Source: Shigella phage vB_SsoS-ISF002. From it: DNA of 50,564 nt. Under the pieces are notes generated by a model, which searched no databases, had not been told where the DNA came from, and saw only the letters and a program-made list of their open reading frames with translations. The stretch lies in the sequence record MF093736, one strand, 5' to 3'. Below are positions 27,815 to 37,384 of the stretch, piece by piece. Position 1 is the stretch's first letter. Each line of letters begins with the position of its first letter. Made by a program: the position numbers and the translations under genes.

Positions 27815-28774
27815 TTACACGCCAGTGATTAAGACAATAGTCATCGGACGATAAATTGTAAGGCCAGTACACTTGGAGGTGCAAGGCACTTTAAAGTGAA
27901 GGTCTTTCGGCTGCGCTGGCAGCATGTTAAATGCTTCCGGGATCTCGATGGACATATTCATCGGATTTTTTTCGTACACCAGTACGCCTTTAGTACCCGC
28001 ACCGTCGATATCTTCAAGCTCTGCGATAGAGTCGATTTCGATACCAGCATTCTGAGACTTGAAATAGTCCAGGTAAGACATGGTAGTTTCAGGCATACGG
28101 ATCGCCAGAACCTTACGCATGGACGGCGGGATCAGAATGTTGGTTGCACGATGCTGACCGCGAGTAATCGTCTCGATGGTTTCAATCGCCTGAGTCAATT
28201 CCGCTTCAGCCGTTTCCGGCTTCGGAGTTGAGACATTCATCCACTTACCGGAGGTAATTTTGGTGATGTTCGGATGGTTGAACACGGACACGATCTTGTG
28301 CGGCGCGGAACCTTTGAACACCAGACGGTTAACCAGTTGGTCATGCGCTAACTGACACGCGCTTGCCTTGCGGGTTGACAGCGGTCGACCAGTTGCCTGA
28401 CCTGCTTTGATTTCGTCGATTGAAATCAGGTACGCGTTACCCAAGCGGAACACCTTACCGAACTCAGAAGTACCAAGCGCATCAACCAGAGGCAGGTCAT
28501 CTGTATAGTCAGCGATAATCTGCGCAGTACCAACCTTATCAAAGGTCATATACTCAAACGTCTTGTCGGTCGGAGATAGATCGGTAGTAACCGGGAATAC
28601 TCGAAGTGCGGAGCCTACCGGGTAGTCTTCTTCATAGGACTGGCTTTTGATGCGGTGTAGTTCCTGAGCGGTCCAGATACCCATCGTTGCGGCTGCATCC
28701 TGTTTTACGCCAGCCTGGATCAGATACATTTCAACATTGCTCTTATCTGCTTCATCAAATTTTTTAGTAGTCAT
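27815..28774 (-). CDS. major capsid protein
   Basis: 319 aa, strong RBS aaggaga, flanked by hairpins, located after the scaffold and decoration-like genes. Confidence 0.7.
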   Translation of the reverse strand: MTTKKFDEADKSNVEMYLIQAGVKQDAAATMGIWTAQELHRIKSQSYEEDYPVGSALRVFPVTTDLSPTDKTFEYMTFDKVGTAQIIADYTDDLPLVDALGTSEFGKVFRLGNAYLISIDEIKAGQATGRPLSTRKASACQLAHDQLVNRLVFKGSAPHKIVSVFNHPNITKITSGKWMNVSTPKPETAEAELTQAIETIETITRGQHRATNILIPPSMRKVLAIRMPETTMSYLDYFKSQNAGIEIDSIAELEDIDGAGTKGVLVYEKNPMNMSIEIPEAFNMLPAQPKDLHFKVPCTSKCTGLTIYRPMTIVLITGV

Positions 28775-28829
28775 GATTACTTCTCCTTAGTTAATAAAAA
28801 AAGCCGTGATTATGTTCACGGCTTCAATA

Positions 28830-28848
28830 ATAGCACTTTTTGTTAAAG
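28830..28848 (+). promoter_or_regulatory. conserved box upstream of the major capsid gene (inverted relative to the gene)
   Basis: atagcactttttgttaaag. Confidence 0.4.
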
Positions 28849-28866
28849 CGTCAAAGTATTTTTGTG

Positions 28867-29634
28867 TTATGACTCTTCTTCTTCGGCTGGCGCAGCATCA
28901 AAAACATAAGTGATCGATTCTTTAGTTTTGCTGGCATCGTTAGCCGTCCAATTTACGATTACGCTACCTGCCGCATCTCCACCAATTGGAGTAAGAACGC
29001 CAGATTTTGGATCTATTGTCGCAATATTTTCAGCATCAACAGACCACACGCCAGTTTTATCGGTGGCATTGTCAGGTTTTACAGCAACGTTAAATTGCAC
29101 AGGTGCATTGTTTGGCTGAGGACTCTCCTTGTTAGTTGTAATCGTCGCAGACTCAACAAGAACCACGGGAGGGGGTGGAGGTGGAACAATAAAGGCATTT
29201 TGCTTAACCTGAACCTCAATAATGTACCCGTCCTCGTGCTTAACAAATCCACCAGCAAAAGTCCAACCTACGGAACCAGAGCTACCAGTAACAACACCAC
29301 CAGATCCAAATTGTAACTTTGAGAACAAGGCCGGAGCTTCATCAAGAGAAGTTAGCGTCCACACGCGACCATGAGAAACGACGTTGCAAACTTCACCGTC
29401 GAGGATTTTACCGCTCAGGTGTTCATATTGGGAACGGAAAGCGATTCCGTAAGGTGTTTCACCATCAGTAAGCGTGGAAACAACCTTAACGCCGTCAACA
29501 ATACCGATAACTTTAACAGCGGAGCCGAACTCAATATCGCCTTGAGCAACACAAGATCCATCAATATTGTAGGTTGAAGTATCCGAAAGATTACCAGGGC
29601 ACGCCGGGCGTAACATTAAATTTTCGTAAGGCAT
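28867..29634 (-). CDS. structural protein, paralogue of 29694..30170 with a Pro-linker and Ig-like C-terminal extension (possible capsid decoration)
   Basis: N-terminal 140 aa align with the upstream paralogue (NIDGSCVAQGD ... HGRVWTLTSLDEAPALF); then PPPPPP and a beta-rich domain. Confidence 0.5.
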   Translation of the reverse strand: MPYENLMLRPACPGNLSDTSTYNIDGSCVAQGDIEFGSAVKVIGIVDGVKVVSTLTDGETPYGIAFRSQYEHLSGKILDGEVCNVVSHGRVWTLTSLDEAPALFSKLQFGSGGVVTGSSGSVGWTFAGGFVKHEDGYIIEVQVKQNAFIVPPPPPPVVLVESATITTNKESPQPNNAPVQFNVAVKPDNATDKTGVWSVDAENIATIDPKSGVLTPIGGDAAGSVIVNWTANDASKTKESITYVFDAAPAEEEES

Positions 29635-29693
29635 AGTATTTTCTCCATAAAAAAAGGACTACCCAAAAGGATAGTCCCCATATTAAACACTAA

Positions 29694-30170
29694 TTACAGT
29701 TGATGCAACTGAACTTCAACAAGCTGAATGTCTTTATATTTGGTCCAGCCGCCAGCGTAGGTCCAAGTTGTTTCGATCGTACCATCAGATTTCTCTTGAC
29801 CGTCAACGTCAAGTTTTACAGCGGTCCCGAAGGTTGGTGCTTCTTCTGATTTGGAAAGCATCCAGACTCGCCCGGAGGTCATGACGTTGATAGCACCGCC
29901 ATCTTCGTAAATCATCTGATTATCTTTGTTCACAGTCTGCCAGTGAGATCGAATAGCTACGCCATACGGCACTTTAGACGATTCCATAGCCTTAACCAAT
30001 TTATGGCCGTCAACGGCTTGGGCTTGAACAACCTGTACGGCAGCGCCAACAAAAACATCACCTTCGTTAACGACGCAAGCGCCATCAATATTATACTTCG
30101 AAGTATCCGCAACCATACCCGGAAGCGCAATAGCCATGTCTCGCTGATAAGATGCATTAATCTGTGCCAT
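29694..30170 (-). CDS. structural protein, paralogue of 28867..29634 (possible capsid decoration or cement)
   Basis: NIDGACVVNEGD ... SGRVWMLSKSEEAPTFG parallels the downstream paralogue. Confidence 0.5.
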   Translation of the reverse strand: MAQINASYQRDMAIALPGMVADTSKYNIDGACVVNEGDVFVGAAVQVVQAQAVDGHKLVKAMESSKVPYGVAIRSHWQTVNKDNQMIYEDGGAINVMTSGRVWMLSKSEEAPTFGTAVKLDVDGQEKSDGTIETTWTYAGGWTKYKDIQLVEVQLHQL

Positions 30171-30181
30171 GATATTTCCCC

Positions 30182-31294
30182 TTACATTACTTTGCTTAAA
30201 CGTGAATTTGGCGTAACAGGTGCGGCGTCGTTTTTCTCTTCCGGCTTACCGCCTTCGATAGAATCGCCTTTTACCGCCTTACGCTGAATAGCCATAATAT
30301 CAGAATCCTTAGCAACATCAAACATAGCGTCGATATATGCGTCTGATTTTTCGCTAACATCTTTATCAAGCATAGCTTTGACAACAGCGACCTTAACGTC
30401 TTTGATATCAAGACCATCATGTTTAACGCCTGCGGTTTCCGCTACTGCGGTGACTTCAGCACGCGCTGCGGCGTCAGCTTTTTGCTTCTCTACTTCGGCC
30501 TTCACCAGTTCCGGCAGGGAGTCAACCTTAACCTTCAGCGCATCGCGCTCAGCTTCTAAGCCATCAGCTTTCCCCTGAATGGTGGCAATCTGCGCGGTTA
30601 ATTTTTCGATATGGTTCGCAACATCTTCGGTCACTTCCACATCAACTGAGTCGATCTTAATTTTTTTCATTTGCTTGTCCTCGTTAGTTAATTGAACGTT
30701 ATTATCATACGGGAACTCCTGCTCGGCATCAAGGTTTAATTTAGCAATTCCAGCGCGACCCTTGAAAACAAGTGCAATGTGGTTTACCTTGATGTTTGTT
30801 TGAACAGCATCGAATTTAACCCAACCTTCAGGCGGCGCTTCGTCCTGTTTCATATCCTCTTCGAAGATATATTCTCCAGTCTCATTTGAACCCCATCCCG
30901 GCTTATCAATATCTACTGACGTGTAGCCAACAGATAATTCACCAGCTTCTTTTGCTTTAGCCTTGCTGATCGCGTAGTCGCTGTAAATGCTCAAAGGGAC
31001 TTCAACTCCAACGCCTGAAGCAATACCAGCGCCAGCGCACGATCCTACAACAACGTCCTTAGCATTTTGCGGAGTCACCGTTACGTGACCTACTGTGATC
31101 GGCTTGCCTGCAAAACTTTGCAAGGAATCTTGCTTGAAAACTTCGGACGCCGGACGGAACTCAACGCGATCGCCGTGGGGAGTCTTGTAAACCTGAGCAC
31201 CGATTCGCGCCACGATGGGACGGTCAACCAAAAAACCATTATCATCAAAGTGCGCCTTGATTTTTACCGAGTCGAATCTTTGCTTTGCCTTCAT
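30182..31294 (-). CDS. capsid scaffolding protein, possibly with an N-terminal prohead protease-like domain
   Basis: C-terminal coiled coil rich in A/E/K; placed between the head morphogenesis and capsid genes; start at the internal ATG next to the upstream stop. Confidence 0.5.
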   Translation of the reverse strand: MKAKQRFDSVKIKAHFDDNGFLVDRPIVARIGAQVYKTPHGDRVEFRPASEVFKQDSLQSFAGKPITVGHVTVTPQNAKDVVVGSCAGAGIASGVGVEVPLSIYSDYAISKAKAKEAGELSVGYTSVDIDKPGWGSNETGEYIFEEDMKQDEAPPEGWVKFDAVQTNIKVNHIALVFKGRAGIAKLNLDAEQEFPYDNNVQLTNEDKQMKKIKIDSVDVEVTEDVANHIEKLTAQIATIQGKADGLEAERDALKVKVDSLPELVKAEVEKQKADAAARAEVTAVAETAGVKHDGLDIKDVKVAVVKAMLDKDVSEKSDAYIDAMFDVAKDSDIMAIQRKAVKGDSIEGGKPEEKNDAAPVTPNSRLSKVM

Positions 31295-31296
31295 TT

Positions 31297-32058
31297 TTAA
31301 TCTCCTGTAGAAAAGTCTGGAACAGCCCAACAGCGGCAATTGTATTCTTCACCAGGGAATACGTGATCGGAATCTACCGCTATCCGCTTACCTTCCCATC
31401 TTACATGTTTTTCACGTTCGCGTAAATCCATCACCCCGCGCCAGAAATAGTAATAGACTCCAGCGTCTTTTATGCGCTGCCGCATCAGTCTACTGTTCCA
31501 GGTTCCGACAATTCCCGACGCTCTATTTTTGGCCCAATTCCGGTAAATACCAAATCGCTCCTTAGCAAGATCAACAACAAAATCATTGCTTTTACCCTGA
31601 CCGGATGCCGCACGAAGTTTATCAGTGAAATCAGTAACCATGTTGGCGGCAAATTTCCTGATAGAAGTAGTCACCTGCGATCGCCACAGATTATATTGTC
31701 CTGAGTACCAGTTTTCGGCAGCGGTAGGACCAATCAGGGCAAGTAGCATTACGGCTTGATTCTTCTTACCTCCAGCATTTCGAGCTATTCGCAACCACTG
31801 CTTAGAGTTGAATTTATAGATAGTTAGCGCGACGGATGATAGAGATCCGATAATCGGCGCGATTAGAGATTCGACGTAATCAAGCAATGACCTTTCCGCT
31901 TTGTCTATCTCTTCGTCGGTAGCGTCAAATTTCATCGGCTTTAATTCGTCACGCATTTTTTCAGTTAGTTTGGCTGCAACATCCTGTAGGGAGCGCGACA
32001 TTGCGCGCTCGCTCATTTCAGGATAGCGCCACTGTGTTGCAACGCCATTAATCTTCAT
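31297..32058 (-). CDS. minor head / head morphogenesis protein (Mu F-like)
   Basis: C-terminal YNCRCWAVP motif; position after the portal. Confidence 0.65.
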   Translation of the reverse strand: MKINGVATQWRYPEMSERAMSRSLQDVAAKLTEKMRDELKPMKFDATDEEIDKAERSLLDYVESLIAPIIGSLSSVALTIYKFNSKQWLRIARNAGGKKNQAVMLLALIGPTAAENWYSGQYNLWRSQVTTSIRKFAANMVTDFTDKLRAASGQGKSNDFVVDLAKERFGIYRNWAKNRASGIVGTWNSRLMRQRIKDAGVYYYFWRGVMDLREREKHVRWEGKRIAVDSDHVFPGEEYNCRCWAVPDFSTGD

Positions 32059-33331
32059 CTTCTAACTTCTCCCCTAATCCCGGCTCCGGCTCTGTTGTTT
32101 CTTCCGGTTCGCGAATGTTGATGTTATTACCATCCTTGAGTTTGAACTCAGGCGCAATGGATCGCAACGTGTCGCGAGCTTCTTCCAGATCGATGATTTG
32201 CTCGGTGATGGCTTTCGTTACCGACTCAATGTTGTTCTTCGTGATCTCGGATTCTTCTTTCTTGCTCGGGACCGACAGCGGCTCAAACTCGATGGACCAC
32301 TCTTCTTCGTCAACAATGAATGGCAAAATAAACTCAAGAAGCGGCCTGTAATCCTCTTCTCGTTTACGATCGATTAACTTATAGAAAGTCTCAAGCGCTG
32401 TGTTCTGACTGGCTGATACGCCACCAACGTTCTTATTCTTGATGATAATCTCATGAATACCAGAAAGCGAGACAATGCGGTCCATCTTGCTTGATAGGAA
32501 CTCAGGAACTCCGCTGATATCAGAGTTTAGAACGTCGTATTCTTCCGTCTCGGCATCGATACCGATCGCACGGCCAACACCTGAATTATCGTCAACCTGA
32601 GCCAGTCTCAAGCGCGCTGCATACTGAGCATCATCATCATCACACATTTCAGCAAGACCTTTGACTTTCCATACCGCCTGCTGCTTACGCCTCAGGATCT
32701 GAGTCGCTAGAGATTCGCAGTAGTCGTAATCGCAGATCGCATCAATCAGTGACTTGTTCAAAACTGAAGCACCCCACCCTTGATTCTGCTTTCGAATCTG
32801 AGGTGTTACTCGCTCACCATCAGCAATAAAAATTCTTGTGTGGTGGATTAAGTAAGGTTGAAGATTATCACCAGGAGATACCTTGTATATCTCAGGCTCA
32901 CCATAGCGAGGCGATCGAGCATTGGTTACTCTTTTTTCGATTGTAATTGCGAATCTATCATAAACACGCACACCTTCAAGTTTAGCTCCAGGTTTAACAG
33001 GGCTGGTTAACATTCTGTTGTCATTAATGATCGCTACAATAGCCGCTCCACCGTATAGGCGCGCCCAGCAAAGAACATCAACCAAGCTAGGATCAATTTT
33101 GTAACTATCCCACAGAGATTTGAACTCCTTTTCATCCTTGACTCCTGATATTTTAAAACCAGCCGTAACCATCTCTTCAGGGATCACGTCGACAATTCTT
33201 TTCGCTGTCGCGTTATCGTTATAGAATGAGCCGACGTTATATGACGCATCAACCATAAAAAATGGTTTAGGTGAGCCGTCCGCGCCGCCGTTAAAGATAT
33301 CGTTATAACCATCATGCTTAACAATTTTCAT
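32048..33331 (-). CDS. portal protein
   Basis: 427 aa immediately downstream of the large terminase; acidic C-terminus. Confidence 0.75.
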   Translation of the reverse strand: MKIVKHDGYNDIFNGGADGSPKPFFMVDASYNVGSFYNDNATAKRIVDVIPEEMVTAGFKISGVKDEKEFKSLWDSYKIDPSLVDVLCWARLYGGAAIVAIINDNRMLTSPVKPGAKLEGVRVYDRFAITIEKRVTNARSPRYGEPEIYKVSPGDNLQPYLIHHTRIFIADGERVTPQIRKQNQGWGASVLNKSLIDAICDYDYCESLATQILRRKQQAVWKVKGLAEMCDDDDAQYAARLRLAQVDDNSGVGRAIGIDAETEEYDVLNSDISGVPEFLSSKMDRIVSLSGIHEIIIKNKNVGGVSASQNTALETFYKLIDRKREEDYRPLLEFILPFIVDEEEWSIEFEPLSVPSKKEESEITKNNIESVTKAITEQIIDLEEARDTLRSIAPEFKLKDGNNINIREPEETTEPEPGLGEKLEDED

Positions 33332-33387
33332 ACTTTCCCTCCAATAAAAAAGGCCGTCAATTGACAGCCTTGATTATATCTCATTTA

Positions 33388-34989
33388 TTACCGCTTAACC
33401 ATCCCAGCGAGTCGCTTCATTCTCTCGATAGGATCATCAATGGTCAGCAATTCGATGTTCGCCGCATCCATGAAGTTATCGACGATATCATCATGCGGAT
33501 GGGTGTCATCGTAAGTGAAGGAGCTATGTTCTGCGATGATTTCCGCAAGCATAGGGTGCTCTTCTGGAAGAACCACGCGCCCTGCCTTAATTACTGGCTG
33601 AGCATCCATAGCTCGGGTAACTTTATCTTTGTTACGCTGCAATGGTGTGATTGAGATCGGAGTCTTTTTCCTTAAGTTCTGAATCAAGCCCGTCCCGCTC
33701 GCCTTATCTTCCACGTAGATTTTGCGAAGCACGCCCATTGATTTATTGTGCCTCCATGCCTGATTCACAAAGGCGGTAAATTGTTTCTCCATATCAGGCG
33801 CTTCCCACTTGCCGCGAATGCCGTCGATAAAGTAAACCTTATCGTTTTTCTTACCCCATAAACAAAAGACTGTGTAGTCGTTTAGCTCACCTGTCTTCTG
33901 AGCGGTATCAGCGGTGATAAAACGGTAATCATATTTACCCGGATCTGGCTCGTCAGCGTCAAGGCTGCTTCCGTAATAAGTCCACCACTCCGAGTTAAAC
34001 ACGGAGCCACCAAGCGCTATCGGCTTCTGCTGATACTGAGAGTCAAAGGTATACTGGTCCGCTTCTCGAAGAGCTAACAGGTCGTGAACGCTTTCCTTGC
34101 TGGGCCAGAATGAGTAATGCTTAACTCCATCCAATTCTACATACTCAGACGACAAAACGTCGCGCTCGAAGTATGGTTGTAACCAGTCAGGAAGCGTCTT
34201 TCCGTATTCCTCAGTTACTAGTGCCGGAATCGAGATCTGATCAAACTCAATACCCATACCTCCATTCATCATAAACCAAGTTGAATCCTGCGCGTGCAGT
34301 CGCTGCTGGATTGCGATAATCGGCGTCTCGTTGTGCATACGACGGGATCGTATGGTGTTCTTTAATAGCATGTGAGTACGCTCACGCTTAACCTTTGAGA
34401 ACATATCGTCAGGCTTGTCTATATCGTCGAGCATTACCATCCCGGAGAATCCTGGCGTCATGTAGCCGCCACGCGAACCTGTAATTCGACCGCCAGCCGC
34501 TGCGGAGATTAGTTCGAACCAGACCTTACCGTCGCTGTTAAGGACTTGCATCTCTTCGTCTTTTGATGTGCCGAACTTACAGGGCCATAGCTCCTGGAAC
34601 TCGTTGCTGCTGATAATCTCACGCACTCGCTTACTGTTACGCTTAACCAGACTATCGGCAAACGACACGTTAAGGTTTCGCACCTTCTTACACTTGAGCA
34701 TCGCGTAAACCGGAAGGTGGATTGAGAACACCTCAGTCTTACCGGAACCGGGCGTGACGTTAAAGATAGTATTCCCGCGTCGGCCTGCAATAATTTCCTC
34801 CACTTCGTGGCATAGGTAAAGGTGATGCCAGTTAGGCTGGAACTGCTGCGCCTGCATAAGCTGGAACCAGATCCGAATCATTTTTTCGAAATTGGCCTCG
34901 CTCATTTTCTTGATCGCTAACTTCTGAGTTGCGTCGAGTTCTTCCCATTGAATCATATCAATTCTCCTGTATGGGCGCTTGCGCGCCAC
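33388..34989 (-). CDS. terminase large subunit
   Basis: Walker A TPGSGKT, ATPase then nuclease domain order, 533 aa. Confidence 0.85.
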   Translation of the reverse strand: MARKRPYRRIDMIQWEELDATQKLAIKKMSEANFEKMIRIWFQLMQAQQFQPNWHHLYLCHEVEEIIAGRRGNTIFNVTPGSGKTEVFSIHLPVYAMLKCKKVRNLNVSFADSLVKRNSKRVREIISSNEFQELWPCKFGTSKDEEMQVLNSDGKVWFELISAAAGGRITGSRGGYMTPGFSGMVMLDDIDKPDDMFSKVKRERTHMLLKNTIRSRRMHNETPIIAIQQRLHAQDSTWFMMNGGMGIEFDQISIPALVTEEYGKTLPDWLQPYFERDVLSSEYVELDGVKHYSFWPSKESVHDLLALREADQYTFDSQYQQKPIALGGSVFNSEWWTYYGSSLDADEPDPGKYDYRFITADTAQKTGELNDYTVFCLWGKKNDKVYFIDGIRGKWEAPDMEKQFTAFVNQAWRHNKSMGVLRKIYVEDKASGTGLIQNLRKKTPISITPLQRNKDKVTRAMDAQPVIKAGRVVLPEEHPMLAEIIAEHSSFTYDDTHPHDDIVDNFMDAANIELLTIDDPIERMKRLAGMVKR

Positions 34990-34994
34990 TAACG

Positions 34995-35519
34995 TTAAAG
35001 CATATCAAGAATGCTGTTTACTGCCTCTTTCATTGCATCCTCAGTAGTGGCGACTACTGTCGATGCGGAAGCTGACGAGTTTTCGATATTGATTGAGGCT
35101 GGCTTATCGATTCCCAAATCCTTACCGATAAAGGAGGCGTTAATCACACCGTTGGCAGCAAGCTGGAATTTTTGCTCGTTGATTACAGATTCCACGAACT
35201 CCATAACCTCACTGTACTCTTCCTCGCGTTTCCATTTAATGATTGCGGCCTCGCTTGCTCCTATGAATAGTCGGTATCCGGTCCAAGTGAAGACGCGCGG
35301 CTTATGAACAAGTGACTCGTAAACGCCACCCTGGAAGCTGGCTGATTCTGACGCCTTGATCGCATTATCTTCGGCCCATTCAAAATACTTAACTGACAGA
35401 TCGAATAATTGCTCAGGAGTCATTGCCCGATTCTTCGCAAGAACAGTGCCAAACTTTTTCTTGTATAGCTCTTTGAAATTACCTCCCTGAACTACAGGGG
35501 CGTTCTTAGGTTCACTCAT
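34995..35519 (-). CDS. terminase small subunit (tentative)
   Basis: 174 aa directly upstream of the large terminase; first gene after a box and hairpin. Confidence 0.5.
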   Translation of the reverse strand: MSEPKNAPVVQGGNFKELYKKKFGTVLAKNRAMTPEQLFDLSVKYFEWAEDNAIKASESASFQGGVYESLVHKPRVFTWTGYRLFIGASEAAIIKWKREEEYSEVMEFVESVINEQKFQLAANGVINASFIGKDLGIDKPASINIENSSASASTVVATTEDAMKEAVNSILDML

Positions 35520-35534
35520 AAATCAATCCTCTTC

Positions 35535-35553
35535 GTTTAACATTTAGTGCTAT
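35535..35553 (-). promoter_or_regulatory. conserved box (variant) at the start of the packaging/structural operon
   Basis: Plus strand ttaacatttagtgctat. Confidence 0.4.
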
Positions 35554-35577
35554 TTTACCATATTGCAGGCATAAAAA

Positions 35578-35595
35578 AACCCGCCGTAGCGGGTT
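35578..35595 (-). terminator. hairpin upstream of the terminase operon
   Basis: aaacccgccgtagcgggtt preceded by an A-run. Confidence 0.45.
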
Positions 35596-35603
35596 ATTGA
35601 TTA

Positions 35604-35831
35604 TCACGATAATCGTCGTTTAATGCCTTTATGGTGTAGCCGTGCTTTAGAATAGCAGTGAGCAAGATCACCAATCATTTCCCACTGGTCCTTCTTAGGT
35701 GAGTAGGTCAGCCATACGCCAGTTTTATCTTTTGCTTCCATAGCCATCATGAACGCTACAAGAACGAAGCCAGAAAATAAACCAGCACCAAAAATAACGA
35801 TACAAGCGATAATCCATAAAAAAATTTCCAT
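35604..35831 (-). CDS. small membrane protein
   Basis: Hydrophobic N-terminal segment IIACIVIFGAGLFSGFVLVAFMMAM. Confidence 0.45.
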   Translation of the reverse strand: MEIFLWIIACIVIFGAGLFSGFVLVAFMMAMEAKDKTGVWLTYSPKKDQWEMIGDLAHCYSKARLHHKGIKRRLS

Positions 35832-35832
35832 G

Positions 35833-36018
35833 TTAAATCTCCTTAATTAATTCAATGTTTATTTTGTGAGTGTCAAGGTTAGCGCCGGAAAGTTTTTTTG
35901 CTTTCGTGATGGCTTCATCCTGACTGGTTGCTGATAATTCAGTCTCGAAAGATTGTTTGCATGATTGGCAAAACATCCCCATCTTTCGAATGATTAATTT
36001 AACTTTGAATCGCTTCAT
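35833..36018 (-). CDS. hypothetical protein (61 aa)
   Basis: ORF with ATG start. Confidence 0.4.
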   Translation of the reverse strand: MKRFKVKLIIRKMGMFCQSCKQSFETELSATSQDEAITKAKKLSGANLDTHKINIELIKEI

Positions 36019-36160
36019 CTTCTTGCGCCTTAATCATAACGCCATCGATGCGACCAATAACGGCCTCTCCAGGATTTAACCGCTTTTTATAACGAGTCGT
36101 TTTGCCGTTGCGAGTTACTTTAATTTCGATTTTGACTGATTCGTCTTTGATATTTTGCAT
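35999..36160 (-). CDS. hypothetical small protein (53 aa; not in the supplied ORF track)
   Basis: Hand translation MQNIKDESVKIEIKVTRNGKTTRYKKRLNPGEAVIGRIDGVMIKAQEDEAIQS*; RBS agagga. Confidence 0.3.
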   Translation of the reverse strand: MQNIKDESVKIEIKVTRNGKTTRYKKRLNPGEAVIGRIDGVMIKAQEDEAIQS

Positions 36161-36324
36161 TATGCAATCCTCTGGAATTGTTGCCGCTTACGGGTCTGCG
36201 GCGTTGCTTAACCACTATGCAACCGAGCTTGTTAGCTGGAAGTGTGAGAATCGTCTCACGCGTTGCGCTTCTTTGCGCCTCGTCTGTCTACGGGATTAAT
36301 ACTATCACCGCTCAGCGATTCAGG

Positions 36325-36528
36325 TCAATCATTAATTTCGAATTGTCCCTTAGTCATATCCTGCGGGTAATCAATCTCATGCAAGTTTCCATCGTCGCCG
36401 TACACATATACGAGTCTCTTTGCTTTACTAACCTTTTCCACATCGTAAGAGCATCCCGCTGAGAAAGCATCACTATTGCGTGATGTAATGCATCGAACCT
36501 GATCGCCTTTCTTCGGTAAGTTAGCCAT
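36325..36528 (-). CDS. hypothetical protein (67 aa)
   Basis: ORF in the early leftward arm. Confidence 0.4.
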   Translation of the reverse strand: MANLPKKGDQVRCITSRNSDAFSAGCSYDVEKVSKAKRLVYVYGDDGNLHEIDYPQDMTKGQFEIND

Positions 36529-36758
36529 TATTCGTAATCCCCCTCTTTGTTACCTACACGCCCTGCGATATACCCGGCAGTCCAGACAAACTTGTATCGG
36601 TCAATGAGTAGCTCAACCTTTTTGTGATGAGTTGAGATCACATCAATCATAATCTTTTCGTTTTTGCGATCTTCTTTCTTCATTCCGCTAACGAATTTAT
36701 TCAATTCCTTCGCTGCGCGCTTTACTACGTTCCATTCCGCTTCACTTAAACCGAACAT
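36528..36758 (-). CDS. hypothetical protein (76 aa)
   Basis: ORF whose start overlaps the upstream stop. Confidence 0.4.
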   Translation of the reverse strand: MFGLSEAEWNVVKRAAKELNKFVSGMKKEDRKNEKIMIDVISTHHKKVELLIDRYKFVWTAGYIAGRVGNKEGDYE

Positions 36759-37102
36759 TATTTACCTCTCCCAAATGAAAAATTAACACCTAAAACCTGA
36801 TTGCAAACTGATTCCATGTATCGCAACTGATATTGAGCAACCTTTGAAGGGCTTAATTCATCAGTAAATAAGTCATCAACATTGATTTCTTTTTTATGCT
36901 TGCGCTTCCATGCCTTGATGATATTTGGCAGGATTCGCTCGCTTTTCCAGGCTGCAAACTCAGCTTGATTCGTTGACACAGGAGTAAGTTGTTTTTCGAT
37001 CTGGTTTAGCAACTCGGCGGCTGCTCCTTTTATATGCAACTGGTCGCCGATCGCATCAAGGATTTCACGAGCTTGCTTCTCTGACAGGTTAATCGTAATC
37101 AT
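36758..37102 (-). CDS. hypothetical protein (114 aa)
   Basis: ORF whose start overlaps the upstream stop. Confidence 0.4.
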   Translation of the reverse strand: MITINLSEKQAREILDAIGDQLHIKGAAAELLNQIEKQLTPVSTNQAEFAAWKSERILPNIIKAWKRKHKKEINVDDLFTDELSPSKVAQYQLRYMESVCNQVLGVNFSFGRGK

Positions 37103-37308
37103 GCCTCTTCCCCCTCATCTTCGATCGGTGTAAAAAACTGAGTGTTCACTGCCGGGTTGTAATAAACCCCGTCATCATAGTCGCTTTCTTTCACTTCAAT
37201 GAAAACGTCGCAACCGTCATGCATGAAATCACCGTTATCAGTATGAACGAGTTCGAATACTTCAGAAGTTTTATTGCAAGTGAAAAACTTATCAGTTGAC
37301 ACCATCAT
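37099..37308 (-). CDS. hypothetical acidic protein (69 aa)
   Basis: ORF preceded by a box unit and the leader catcgacaacgaa. Confidence 0.45.
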   Translation of the reverse strand: MMVSTDKFFTCNKTSEVFELVHTDNGDFMHDGCDVFIEVKESDYDDGVYYNPAVNTQFFTPIEDEGEEA

Positions 37309-37364
37309 TTCGATTTTCTCTCTTCGTTGTCGATGAGGTGACTATATCAAATCACCCCACCGAC

Positions 37365-37384
37365 GTTTTAGCAATTAGTGCTAT
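37365..37384 (-). promoter_or_regulatory. conserved intergenic box
   Basis: Plus strand gttttagcaattagtgctat. Confidence 0.5.

Noticed and set aside
36161-36324. Possible tRNA gene in the non-coding gap
   Set aside because: No acceptor stem, D-arm or T-arm (GTTCGAATCC-like) pattern could be folded by eye on either strand; no tRNA-like sequence was found elsewhere.
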